Shown: positions 1 to 9,017, counted from the first letter of the stretch. The stretch: 64,000 nt of DNA from Propionibacteriaceae bacterium (GCA_045806785.1 JBJMIR010000114.1:10913-74912); one strand, 5' to 3'. Notes: generated from the letters alone by a model not told the origin. Numbers and translations are program-made.

Positions 1-464
1 CCAGCGGGGCCAAGGGTTTGCACATCTTCGTGCCGCTGGCGAGCGGGACCTCACCGGAGGATGCGGCCGCGGCTACCCGAGCGATCGCCGTACGCGCCGA
101 GCGTATTGATCCGGATCTCGCCACGACCGCCTTCGTCAAGGAGGAACGACAGGGCAAGGTCTTCCTCGACTCCACGCGCGCGGGCGGCGCCACGGTGGTG
201 GCCGCCTACAGTCCACGAATCCGGCCCGGCGTACCCGTCTCTTTTCCGGTTTTGTGGGACGACCTCGACCGGGTGGTGCCTGCCGACTTCACTATTCGCA
301 ACGCGGCCGGTGTGCTGCAGCAGCGAGATCCCTGGGCCGACCAGATGCCGGCAGCGCAGCAGCTCGACGCCGATCTTGTTGCAGAGGGTCACGCGATTCC
401 GGTCGCCCGCGTGCAGGCAATGCATGAGGGCAAACGACGAGCCCGCTCCCGCCGCGACTCCTGA
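1..464 (+). CDS. LigD-type AEP primase-polymerase (NHEJ polymerase domain), C-terminal part; the 5' end lies outside the window
   Basis: Frame is open from position 3 (..SGAKGLHIFVPL..). The GLHIFVPL, KVFLDSTR and AAYSPR segments are typical of LigD polymerase domains. Stop at 462-464. Confidence 0.8.
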   Translation, partial: SGAKGLHIFVPLASGTSPEDAAAATRAIAVRAERIDPDLATTAFVKEERQGKVFLDSTRAGGATVVAAYSPRIRPGVPVSFPVLWDDLDRVVPADFTIRNAAGVLQQRDPWADQMPAAQQLDADLVAEGHAIPVARVQAMHEGKRRARSRRDS

Positions 465-603
465 TCATGCGCGTAGATCCGCGCTGAGCTTCTCGCTTTC
501 AACCGTTTCCCCGCACCATGCCAGGTATCACGGCTAATGGGCCAATTTGACTTCGATATGCGGCTTCGTGCGGAGAAAGGTGAACCTGGGGAAGGATGTG
601 CGC

Positions 604-2103
604 ATGATTCAGATCGACGTCATCCTGCTGGTGGGTGCCGTCGTCTTGATCGCCGCGATCATTGCTGCGCGCATCGGCGCTCGGGTCGGGCTGCCGTCGC
701 TGTTGCTGTTCCTCGGGCTCGGCCTGGTGATGGGCGAATCCGGCATCGGAATCCCGTTCAGCAATGTCGATCTTGCTCAGGCCCTCGGGTTCGCTGCGTT
801 GGTGGTGATTCTCGCTGAGGGCGGTCTGACCACACGGTGGAGCGATATCAGATCCTCGACCATCCTGGCGGCATTGCTTGCCACCGTCGGCGTCGCGATC
901 AGTGTCGGGCTGATGACCCTCTTCGGACACTATGTCCTGGGATTACCGATTTACGTTGCCATGCTGCTCGGCGCGGTCACCTCACCAACTGACGCTGCAG
1001 CGGTCTTCTCGGTACTTCGGAATGTTCCGATCCCGCATCCCTTGCGTGGTGCGCTGGAAGCCGAGTCTGGTCTCAACGATGCACCAACAGTGCTACTCGT
1101 TATGGTCGCCAGCTCTCTGGCGGTGGGCGAACCGATGGAGCTCGGCGTTTTCGGCTTGTTCGGCCTGATCGTCCTCGAGCTGCTTGGCGGCCTCATTATC
1201 GGTGGCGGTCTTGGCTGGGTTGGGGCGCAGATCCTGCGCCGCGTCGCCTTGCCCTCTTCGGGCCTCTACCCCCTGGCAATCCTGGTCTGGACGGTGTTCG
1301 CGTACGGGATCACCGCAATCATCCACGCCAGCGGGTTTGCCGCCGTGTACGTCTGTGCCCTGATTCTCGGAAACGTTCAGCTTCCGCACCGCGCCGCCAC
1401 ACGGTCCTTTGTGGAGGGAATCGGCTGGATCGCGCAAATCGGGCTGTTCGTGATGCTTGGCCTGCTGGCCTTCCCCGATCGCGTCACGCTGCGTGCCGCA
1501 GTTATCGCGATCTCAGCGGGCCTTTTCCTGACGCTGGTTGCCCGCCCTGCCTCGGTAGTTGCCTGTGCGCCATGGTTCAAGACTCCGATCCGGCATCAGG
1601 TGTTTCTGTCTTGGGCGGGTCTTCGCGGGGCCGTGCCGATTGTGCTGGCCACCATTCCGCTGGCGCGGGAGGTCGCGGGGGCGGAGTTCCTCTTCGATGT
1701 CGTCCTGGTTTTCGTCATCGTATTCACCTGCCTACAAGGGCCGACGCTGGCCCTCGCCGCTCGGCTGCTTGGGCTGGTAGACGATGAGTCGGCGCAGGAC
1801 GTCGAAGTCGAAGTTGCGCCTCTGGACAAGATTTCGGCGGATCTGCTGCAGGTGCGTATCCCCGCCAAGTCGCGTCTTGTTGGAGTGGAGGTCCTCGAGC
1901 TGCGGCTGCCCAAGGACACCGTCGTGTCCTTGATCATCCGAGATGACCGGCCCTTCTACCCCGGCGCCCGAGAACGGATTCAGGCAGGCGATGAGCTGCT
2001 GATTGTGACACCTGAGGATCAGCGGGTGAACACCGAGCAACGCCTACGAGCCGTGGGCCAGGGTGGCCGGCTTGCCGGCTGGCGCTCCCGCGCTGAGAGC
2101 TGA
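604..2103 (+). CDS. K+/H+ (cation/proton) antiporter, CPA1 NhaP2-like, with a C-terminal TrkA-C/RCK_C-like domain
   Basis: Multi-TM N-terminal body, then a soluble tail (LRLPKDTVVSLIIRDDRPFYPGARERIQAGDELLIV). ATG at 604 is preceded by GAAGGA. The 547 start of the ORF track looks like an upstream extension. Confidence 0.8.
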   Translation: MIQIDVILLVGAVVLIAAIIAARIGARVGLPSLLLFLGLGLVMGESGIGIPFSNVDLAQALGFAALVVILAEGGLTTRWSDIRSSTILAALLATVGVAISVGLMTLFGHYVLGLPIYVAMLLGAVTSPTDAAAVFSVLRNVPIPHPLRGALEAESGLNDAPTVLLVMVASSLAVGEPMELGVFGLFGLIVLELLGGLIIGGGLGWVGAQILRRVALPSSGLYPLAILVWTVFAYGITAIIHASGFAAVYVCALILGNVQLPHRAATRSFVEGIGWIAQIGLFVMLGLLAFPDRVTLRAAVIAISAGLFLTLVARPASVVACAPWFKTPIRHQVFLSWAGLRGAVPIVLATIPLAREVAGAEFLFDVVLVFVIVFTCLQGPTLALAARLLGLVDDESAQDVEVEVAPLDKISADLLQVRIPAKSRLVGVEVLELRLPKDTVVSLIIRDDRPFYPGARERIQAGDELLIVTPEDQRVNTEQRLRAVGQGGRLAGWRSRAES

Positions 2104-2108
2104 AAGCA

Positions 2109-2204
2109 GTGCACCGGCTGGGAGCTGGCGTAATCCTCGGCAAACAGCGCTGCCATACGTTCAGCGTCATGGGAGTTCAGCGCGTTACGCAACCGCTCCG
2201 GCAC
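2109..2204 (-). pseudogene. 5' remnant (about 32 codons) of an NTF2/SnoaL-like gene
   Basis: Minus frame reads V-PERLRNALNSHDAERMAALFAEDYASSQPVH, a typical SnoaL-like N-terminus. It then runs antisense into the end of the antiporter gene and loses sense. Confidence 0.3.
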
Positions 2205-2229
2205 TTTGGATATGCCGCTCCTAGGTAGA

Positions 2230-2760
2230 TCAGCCGCCGAGGGCTGGGGTGGGGCTCGGCGTCTGAGAGGGCAAACAGACCGTATCGGCGTCCACCTGGT
2301 AGGTGGTCTTGGCTTTCTTGTTGAAGCCGCCGTACTTGTTGCCAACGAGCACATCGACCGTACGATCCACCCGTGCATCGGAGCGTACGACCGACTCCTT
2401 GAAGAACGTCTTGACGAACTTCACCTCGGGATTGTTCACGTCGGCGCCGACGATGACGGTCTTCTGGATCTTCTCAACCGTGTTGGTGGTCAGCGTGACG
2501 CGGAACCCCTTGGTCCGTAGCGATCGGCCGACGTCGGCCGCCAAGCCCTTGCGATCGCCGCCGTTGTACACCTTGACCACGACCTGACTGGTCTTCAGCT
2601 GGCCTTTCGGCACGCTCTGGACGACGCAGGGCTCCGGCGGCAGCGCCGGGACGGGCTTGATGATGTTGTTGTAGCCCCACCATGCCCCGTACAAGAGCAC
2701 ACCGAACAAGATCAGGAGGGTGACCGGGGTTCGCGCCACACGGAAGATCCGACCGATCAA
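2230..2760 (-). CDS. LytR_C (LytR cell-envelope-related C-terminal) domain membrane protein
   Basis: N-terminal TM helix, then VVKVYNGGDRKGLAADVGRSLRTKGFRV and a VLVGNKYGG-type LytR_C core. Confidence 0.7.
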   Translation of the reverse strand: MIGRIFRVARTPVTLLILFGVLLYGAWWGYNNIIKPVPALPPEPCVVQSVPKGQLKTSQVVVKVYNGGDRKGLAADVGRSLRTKGFRVTLTTNTVEKIQKTVIVGADVNNPEVKFVKTFFKESVVRSDARVDRTVDVLVGNKYGGFNKKAKTTYQVDADTVCLPSQTPSPTPALGG

Positions 2761-3000
2761 CGTCGAACTCCTTTACCTCCGCAGCGACCCCGATGCGTGT
2801 TGTGATTGGCACTCTGACGAGCGATCGCGCAATCCGACTCCTTCGTCGCTTGCGGCCGCGGTAACCGACACGTCATAGTCATGCCAGCCGCAAGCTCCTG
2901 CAGTCGTCGGAGCAATAGCTCCTCATAGTGCCTGGAGTTCCCCGAGCTCCTCCCGTGCCCGACTACCCCCCGTGCGGGTGAGCCTACCTGGAGTTCGGCG

Positions 3001-3294
3001 CTACTTCAGGTCAAGCACTCGGGCATGCATGGTCTGCCGCTGCTGAAGCGCGGCGCGCAGCGCGCGATGCAGCCCGTCCTCCAGATAGAGCTCGCCGCGC
3101 CACGACACGACGTGGGCGAAGAGGTCACCATAGAAGGTGGAATCTTCTTCCAGGAGTGCTTCCAGGTCCAACGTCCGCTTTGTGGTAACGAGCTGGTCCA
3201 AGCGCACCTGGTGCGGGGCGATGGCCGCCCACTGCTTCTGGACGTAACCATGATCTGGGTACGGGCGTACGTCTCCGACGCGCTTGAAAATCAC
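3001..3294 (-). CDS. Small ParB/sulfiredoxin-like domain protein (97 aa)
   Basis: VRLDQLVTTKRTLD .. HVVSWRGELYLEDGLHRALRAAL follows the ParB-N/Srx pattern (..y.l.DG.HR..Aa..). Divergent from the DUF853 gene. Confidence 0.5.
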   Translation of the reverse strand: MIFKRVGDVRPYPDHGYVQKQWAAIAPHQVRLDQLVTTKRTLDLEALLEEDSTFYGDLFAHVVSWRGELYLEDGLHRALRAALQQRQTMHARVLDLK

Positions 3295-3354
3295 TGTGAC
3301 ACTCTAATCAAGTTCGGGAGGGCAACTCCACGGTCCGTCGTTACGATTTGGCAC

Positions 3355-4989
3355 ATGAACGAGCCGGTCGCCGAGCAACTCTCCGATGACGTGCAACGGA
3401 TCGTTCAGGGCTACACCTTCGATGAGCCGGCGATCGAGCTCGGCGTGCTGATGGAGAACGACACGCCGGTTCCGGGAGCCGTGGTCCGCATCCCGTTGAG
3501 CATGCTGAACCGGCATGGCTTGGTCGCGGGCGCGACCGGCACGGGCAAGACCAAGACGCTGCAATTGATGGCCGAGCAGATCTCCGCTGCGGGCGTACCG
3601 GTGTTTGCCGCTGACATCAAGGGTGACCTGTCAGGCATTGCCTCCCCTGGGCAGCCGAATGACAAGCTGCTGGCGCGTATCCAGAAGATCGGACAGAACT
3701 GGCAACCTCGGGCGTGTCCGACGGAGTTCTTCGCTCTGGGCGGTCAAGGCAATGGCGTGCCGTTGCGAGCGACCATGAGCTCCTTTGGCCCGGTGCTGCT
3801 GTCGAAGGTGCTGGGACTCAATGAGGTTCAGGAGTCATCGCTGGGCTTGGTGTTTCACTACGCCGATCAAGCCGGGCTGCCGTTGCTTGATCTGAAGGAT
3901 CTGCGGGCGGTACTGACCCATCTCACCAGCGATGAGGGCAAGGCAGAGCTGAAGAGCATCGGCGGCTTGAGCGCCGCTACGGTCGGCGTGATCTTACGGA
4001 CCTTGATCAACTTCGCCGACCAGGGGGCGGAGGCCTTCTTCGGCGAGCCGGAGTTCGATACGGCCGATCTGCTGCGAGTGACCGGTGATGGTCGCGGCGT
4101 CGTCTCGCTGCTCGAGCTGCCCAACTTGATGGACCGGCCGGCGGTGTTCTCCACCTTCTTGATGTGGCTGCTGGCAGATCTGTTTCATGAGCTGCCCGAG
4201 GTCGGCGACATCGACAAGCCCAAGCTGGTCTTCTTCTTCGACGAAGCGCATCTGCTCTTCGACGATGCCTCGAAGGCGTTCCTGGATGCCATCGCTCAGA
4301 CCGTTCGGCTGATTCGCTCCAAGGGTGTGGGCATCTTCTTCGTCACTCAGACCCCGAAGGACGTGCCCGACGACGTACTCGCGCAATTGGGGTCTCGAGT
4401 GCAACATCAGCTCCGGGCCCATACGCCGAACGACGCCAAGGCTCTCAAGCAAACGGTTGCCACTTTTCCCAAGTCGCACTATGACCTTTCTGAAACCTTG
4501 CAGCAGCTCGGCATTGGTGAGGCGATCGTCACGGTGATGGATCCCGACGGTGCACCGACGCCTGTTGCCTGGACTCGGATGCGGGCGCCGGAGTCGCTTA
4601 TGGCGCCGACACCGGATGAGGTACTGCGTCCCGGGATCGCCGCCTCGGCTCTGATGGCCCGGTATGGGCATCCGCTCGATCGTGACTCCGCACACGAGAT
4701 CCTGGCTCGGAAGCTGCAGGCCGGCGCGGAAGAGGCCGAGCGGGAACGACTGGAGAAGGAGGCCGCGGCTCAGGCCGGGGCTGAAGAGAAGGAACGGCAG
4801 AGAGCTCAGGCTCAGGCTGAACGTGACGCTCGGGCTGCGGCGCGGTCACAGTCGGGTACGCAGCAACGACGCGAGAAATCGATGGTGGAGCAGATCACCG
4901 ATTCGAGTGCGTTCAAGCAGTTCGCGCGTACGGCCGGGACGGAGATCGTCCGCAGCATTTTCGGGACGGCGCGGCGTCGCCGCCGCTGA
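3355..4989 (+). CDS. HerA-like helicase/ATPase, DUF853 (YjgR) family
   Basis: NRHGLVAGATGTGKTKTLQLMAEQISAAGVPVFAADIKGDLSG closely matches the E. coli YjgR N-terminus with its Walker A. Walker B is at LVFFFDEAH. Lys/Glu/Arg-rich tail. The ORF-track start at 3025 overlaps the opposite-strand gene, so ATG 3355 is preferred. Confidence 0.85.
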   Translation: MNEPVAEQLSDDVQRIVQGYTFDEPAIELGVLMENDTPVPGAVVRIPLSMLNRHGLVAGATGTGKTKTLQLMAEQISAAGVPVFAADIKGDLSGIASPGQPNDKLLARIQKIGQNWQPRACPTEFFALGGQGNGVPLRATMSSFGPVLLSKVLGLNEVQESSLGLVFHYADQAGLPLLDLKDLRAVLTHLTSDEGKAELKSIGGLSAATVGVILRTLINFADQGAEAFFGEPEFDTADLLRVTGDGRGVVSLLELPNLMDRPAVFSTFLMWLLADLFHELPEVGDIDKPKLVFFFDEAHLLFDDASKAFLDAIAQTVRLIRSKGVGIFFVTQTPKDVPDDVLAQLGSRVQHQLRAHTPNDAKALKQTVATFPKSHYDLSETLQQLGIGEAIVTVMDPDGAPTPVAWTRMRAPESLMAPTPDEVLRPGIAASALMARYGHPLDRDSAHEILARKLQAGAEEAERERLEKEAAAQAGAEEKERQRAQAQAERDARAAARSQSGTQQRREKSMVEQITDSSAFKQFARTAGTEIVRSIFGTARRRRR

Positions 4990-5054
4990 GGGTAAGCCTG
5001 TCGAAGGCCGACCTTGAGCGCTTCGACAGGCTCAACCGGTCCTACCGGGTCCTA

Positions 5055-5219
5055 CTACGCGACCTTGCGGGTGGCTGCATTGGTTTGTTGAAAGGCACGC
5101 TGCTGTTGTACCCGCTGAGCAGCCGCGGCGTTGTGATTGATGATCGCCACGATGACTGCGTACCGTTCGGCCTCCTCGCGGCGCTTCTGTTGCTGGCGGC
5201 GGCGTTCGTCCTCCAACAT
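5055..5219 (-). CDS. Unannotated small ORF, 54 aa (MLEDERRRQQQKRREEAERYAVIVAIINHNAAAAQRVQQQRAFQQTNAATRKVA)
   Basis: Hand-translated. ATG at 5219 is preceded by AAGGAG with a 7-nt spacer. It is below the 60-aa cutoff of the ORF track. No family recognised. Confidence 0.3.
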   Translation of the reverse strand: MLEDERRRQQQKRREEAERYAVIVAIINHNAAAAQRVQQQRAFQQTNAATRKVA

Positions 5220-5633
5220 GGCTGCTCTCCTTATAGATAAGTGAAAGTGGGCGTACTCGACCGAGCGACCGGCAGCGGTCGTCTGGCGAGGAACGGAGCC
5301 AATTGCTGGCGGCGCGTATGACAGATGAGCTAGAGCGCGCTAGCGATTAGCACATGAGCGAGGCATGCCCAAAGGGGGCGAGAAGCGCTACGAGGCGTCG
5401 TCGAGGATGGTGCTCGACCAGCCGGCGCAAGCACGGCTAATGTCGATCTTGGGACTGATCATGATCATGTACATGGTGAGCACCCCCTCTCTGTGAAGAG
5501 CTGCGGTCCCGTGCGGAACGCTTGATGATCAAGAGTAAGCCGTCGAGCCTGGACCCGGCAATCGGATTATTTCGAAGAGGCATAAGGTGAGGATCAGACC
5601 TTGATCACCAACGTGACCGTCAAGGAGCTCCCC

Positions 5634-5849
5634 ATGAGCCTCTCCAGCCCTGACACTCCGCCTACAGACGTACCTGAGGCCGACTGGGCCGAACAGGCAG
5701 TCGCGGCCGACCCGTTAGCTGAGGCCGATGCTGAGGGGGAAGTGAGTCCACGGCCGGCGAACGTTGCCAGCGTGCTACGCGAGGCCGATGACGCCGACCT
5801 GGCCGAGCAGGAGACCGTCGTGTACGTCGATGACGACGATGTCCGCTGA
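5634..5849 (+). CDS. Small acidic protein, 71 aa, with two (E/D)AD(W/L)AEQ motifs
   Basis: ATG 5634 is preceded by AAGGAG. The sequence contains EADWAEQ and DADLAEQ and an Asp-rich C-terminus. No family recognised. Confidence 0.45.
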   Translation: MSLSSPDTPPTDVPEADWAEQAVAADPLAEADAEGEVSPRPANVASVLREADDADLAEQETVVYVDDDDVR

Positions 5850-6078
5850 GGGCGACCACCTCAGCTGATCGCGTCACCGCCCCTTTCCCAGCAAGTGGTC
5901 AGATGCGGCATCTGAATCGCGGATTTCGACGTCGTCTCTGACCACTTTCCATGAGGGTCTGGCCAGGGTGGTGTCCCTGGTCAGGGTCAGTATCCAGCCG
6001 CCTACACCATGTGAGCCGGCCGTCTGACAGCGTCCATGTGGTCTGTATAACCCAGCCCGCTGCATTATCTTGCTACTG

Positions 6079-7638
6079 ATGAAAGCACGCTCGGGGATCG
6101 CCCAAGCGGCGGCGTTGGTGACTGGATTGACCGCCGTGTCGGCTGTTTTGGGTTTCCTTCGAGACGTCGTTATTGCTGGGGTCTTCGGCGCTGGCGGCGA
6201 GCTCGACGCCTACCTGGTCGCACAAGGCCTGATGAATCTGGTGCTCGCCCTCGTGGCAGGTGCCATGGCTAAATCCACCGTGCCGGTGCTCGCCGCACAG
6301 GTCAGCGCGGACGGTGACTCCAACAAGGCAGCCCACACTCTCTCCGTCGTACTGACCGTGACGCTGGTCGTTCTCGGCCTCGGTTCCCTGATCATGGCGT
6401 TAGCCGCGCCTCTGGTGGTCACGGTGCTGGCGCCGGGATTCAGGGGGGCCCAGGCCGACCTCGCCGCCTCGCTGACTCGCATTGTGCTGATCGCGACCGT
6501 CCTGATCTCCGGTACGAACCTGCTCGCCGCGGCGGCGGAAGCTCACCGCCGATTCTTCTGGTCGGCGATGCAGGGCGTTCCCTTCAACCTGATCATGATC
6601 GTGGCCGCAGCGGTGTTCGGCCCGCGGTACGGCGTCTATGCCCTTGCCGTCGGGTTCGTCGTTGGCTCCGGAGCCCGCTTGCTGTGTCAGCTAGTGCCGA
6701 TTCATGCCTTGAAGTTGCGGTTACGCGCCTCGTGGGACCTTAAGGATCCCGGCTTCAGATCGATCGCCAAATTGATTCCACCGCTGCTCGTCGGCAGTGC
6801 GCTCGGCAACGCCAACACCATGGTGGATCGGGCCGTGGGCTCGATGGTCGGTGAGGGCACCATCTCGGCCTTGAGCTATGCCTGGCGCATCATCTCGCTC
6901 GGTCAGACGTTGCTCGTCGCATCGCTGCTCACCGCGCTTTATCCGGCGTTCGGTGCTGCGGCAGGAAGCCGCGATCTCGCTGAGATGCGACGGCTAGTCG
7001 GTCGAGGGCTCTCGACGGTGGCCACGGTACTGATGCCGGTGTGGGGTTTCCTGGTCGTCTGCGCTGTGCCGCTGGTCGCGCTGGTCTTCGAGCACGGCAG
7101 TTTTTCGCCCAGCGATACGCAGCGGACAGCGACCGCGATGTTGTGGTACGCCCCTGCCTTGTTAGCGCTTGGGTGGCGCGAGATGGTGGTACGCGCCTCG
7201 TACGCAATGGGTGATTCCCGCCGCCCAGTGACGGTCTTCGTCATGGCCATGACGATCAATGTTGTCGGTGACTTCACCCTTGGGCTGACCTTCGGCATCG
7301 CCGGGATCGCTGCCTCGACCTCGCTTTCGGTCTTGTTTGCCGCTGTCGCCAACACCTGGTTACTAGGCCGGCGTCACGACGCGGTTGATCTTCGATCGCT
7401 GCCTTTGATGATCGGGCGTACAGCGGCCGCAGCTGCGGCGGGCACCGCTGCGGCCGCTCTGGTCTACTACCTGCTGGATCCGCTTTTGGGCCCGGGATTG
7501 ATCAACGAGATCTTGTTGGTGGCACCAGTCGGCCTGGTCCTCGTAGGCGTATTCATTGGAGCCTTGTACGCGCTACGCGCCCCCGAACGACAACTGCTGA
7601 CAGAAGCCATAGAAGTCGTTGCGCGTCGGCGACGCTGA
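6079..7638 (+). CDS. murJ: Lipid II flippase MurJ (MviN family)
   Basis: About 14 predicted TM helices. The N-terminal SAVLGFLRDVVIAGVFGAGGELDAYLVA motif is typical of MurJ. Confidence 0.8.
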   Translation: MKARSGIAQAAALVTGLTAVSAVLGFLRDVVIAGVFGAGGELDAYLVAQGLMNLVLALVAGAMAKSTVPVLAAQVSADGDSNKAAHTLSVVLTVTLVVLGLGSLIMALAAPLVVTVLAPGFRGAQADLAASLTRIVLIATVLISGTNLLAAAAEAHRRFFWSAMQGVPFNLIMIVAAAVFGPRYGVYALAVGFVVGSGARLLCQLVPIHALKLRLRASWDLKDPGFRSIAKLIPPLLVGSALGNANTMVDRAVGSMVGEGTISALSYAWRIISLGQTLLVASLLTALYPAFGAAAGSRDLAEMRRLVGRGLSTVATVLMPVWGFLVVCAVPLVALVFEHGSFSPSDTQRTATAMLWYAPALLALGWREMVVRASYAMGDSRRPVTVFVMAMTINVVGDFTLGLTFGIAGIAASTSLSVLFAAVANTWLLGRRHDAVDLRSLPLMIGRTAAAAAAGTAAAALVYYLLDPLLGPGLINEILLVAPVGLVLVGVFIGALYALRAPERQLLTEAIEVVARRRR

Positions 7639-7646
7639 GTGTTTGG

Positions 7647-8348
7647 TTAAGCCGGACGAACCAACACAAACGGCGTACTCGTAAGCCGTTGGCCGAGTGG
7701 GTTGTCCCCGAGCACGGCTGCCAGGGTCCCAGCCGAGAGTGACCGAGCAGAGACCGCGCGGATCGAGCCACCGTAGTCATTCAGATCGACGATGCTGACT
7801 CCGATGTCGAGCGCCCGCTCAAGATCGGCACAAAGGCGCTGCGCCACCTTTGTGTCCAAGGGCGGGAACAGCACGTGCTCGTACGGCGGCCGCCCACCGT
7901 CAACGTCGCGGGCAACTGATCCGGCGATCCGATAGAAAGGCCCGTGCATCCCCAACGGCCGCGTAACGGCAGTGGCCATTGCCGCAGTCATGATCCGCCC
8001 GTAGCCGACAGTACGGACCACGTACTCCATCTTTTCGGGGACCTTGAGTCCCTTTGAATCAGTACGCGGGTGAACGTGACGTGCCAGGTACCGAGCCAGA
8101 CGACCAGGCTGCACGGTGCTGATGTCCACCGTCCGGCCGGTAAGCAGGATGGCTACCTTCTCGCTGATAGCTACCGTGTCGCCGGGTTGGGCGATCTGGA
8201 GATGCTCCTTCAGGGCCAATGCCAGATCATCTGTTTCGTCCAACCACCGCGTACGCAGCGGAAGTCGCAGATACTCAACGCCGGATACGTTGACCTTGGT
8301 CCACAGTTGGACCCCTCGATCTGCTTCAGGCTGAGTGGCAAAGCTCAT
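7647..8348 (-). CDS. F420-0:gamma-glutamyl ligase family (CofE-like) protein
   Basis: GDTVAISEKVAILLTGR plus a DLNDYGG-type segment resemble the CofE fold. ATG at 8348 is chosen; the longer 8618 start adds an implausible Ser/Pro/Arg-rich leader. Confidence 0.55.
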   Translation of the reverse strand: MSFATQPEADRGVQLWTKVNVSGVEYLRLPLRTRWLDETDDLALALKEHLQIAQPGDTVAISEKVAILLTGRTVDISTVQPGRLARYLARHVHPRTDSKGLKVPEKMEYVVRTVGYGRIMTAAMATAVTRPLGMHGPFYRIAGSVARDVDGGRPPYEHVLFPPLDTKVAQRLCADLERALDIGVSIVDLNDYGGSIRAVSARSLSAGTLAAVLGDNPLGQRLTSTPFVLVRPA

Positions 8349-8627
8349 GTCGACCCCCGCTAGACGTTGATGCTGTGAAGGAAGTGACGGATGTGACCAC
8401 TTGTGATGATAGGCCGCCTGGAGACCACTAGTAGTCCCCCAGAAATCGGCGTGTCGCGCTGGACGAAGGCGAATTGCACTGATCACAAACGCGATCACAG
8501 TAGCTGATTTGCAGCGAGTTCGTGGCGAGTTCGGAATAAATGACGGACGGCGGGTGGCCAGCAACAAAGACGTGAGAGGTTTCGAGCCTGAGTGGCATGG
8601 GGACATGCAGGCTGACATGATCGGCTT

Positions 8628-8972
8628 GTGGCGTCAGAACCGCGGATGGTTTCGCTCGGTTTCGGCAAGTTCGCGCGATCAGACCGTATTTATGCCTTGG
8701 AGCCGTTGCTGGGTGACGAGCGCGGAGATGGTCACAGAACAAGGGTTTGGGTTGAGGGAATCAAAGATCCGATCGTCGCCGCACGTACTGAGGTCACGAT
8801 CTTGCGCGATATGGGCCAGGAGGCTGCTGCCATCGAGGCGCCCTTCATTGACGAGGCCCTGGACCTGGCGTCGCGACTGGCCGCTGCGGCGGAGGCCGGC
8901 CGAGTTGACCTCAATGATCTTGGAAGGAGAGCTCGCCGGCTGCTAGCCGCGACCACTGGCAGGCGCGAATGA
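8628..8972 (+). CDS. RemA/DUF370-like small protein with an Ala/Arg-rich C-terminal extension
   Basis: The N-terminus MVSLGFGKFARSDRIYAL parallels the B. subtilis RemA LINIGFGNIISANRMISIV. The start is ambiguous (GTG 8628 or ATG 8646). Confidence 0.45.
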   Translation: MASEPRMVSLGFGKFARSDRIYALEPLLGDERGDGHRTRVWVEGIKDPIVAARTEVTILRDMGQEAAAIEAPFIDEALDLASRLAAAAEAGRVDLNDLGRRARRLLAATTGRRE

Positions 8973-9017
8973 CCTGCGCACCTGAGCTTGTCTAAGGGTG
9001 CGCAGGCGCCGACGGGC

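Noticed and set aside
3025-3354. N-terminal 110-codon extension of the DUF853 ORF
   Set aside because: It overlaps almost the whole ParB-like gene on the other strand. The YjgR-like homology starts after ATG 3355.
8349-8618. Upstream 90-codon extension of the CofE-like ORF
   Set aside because: The leader is Ser/Pro/Arg/His-rich with no similarity to the family. The homologous region starts at the Met encoded at 8348.
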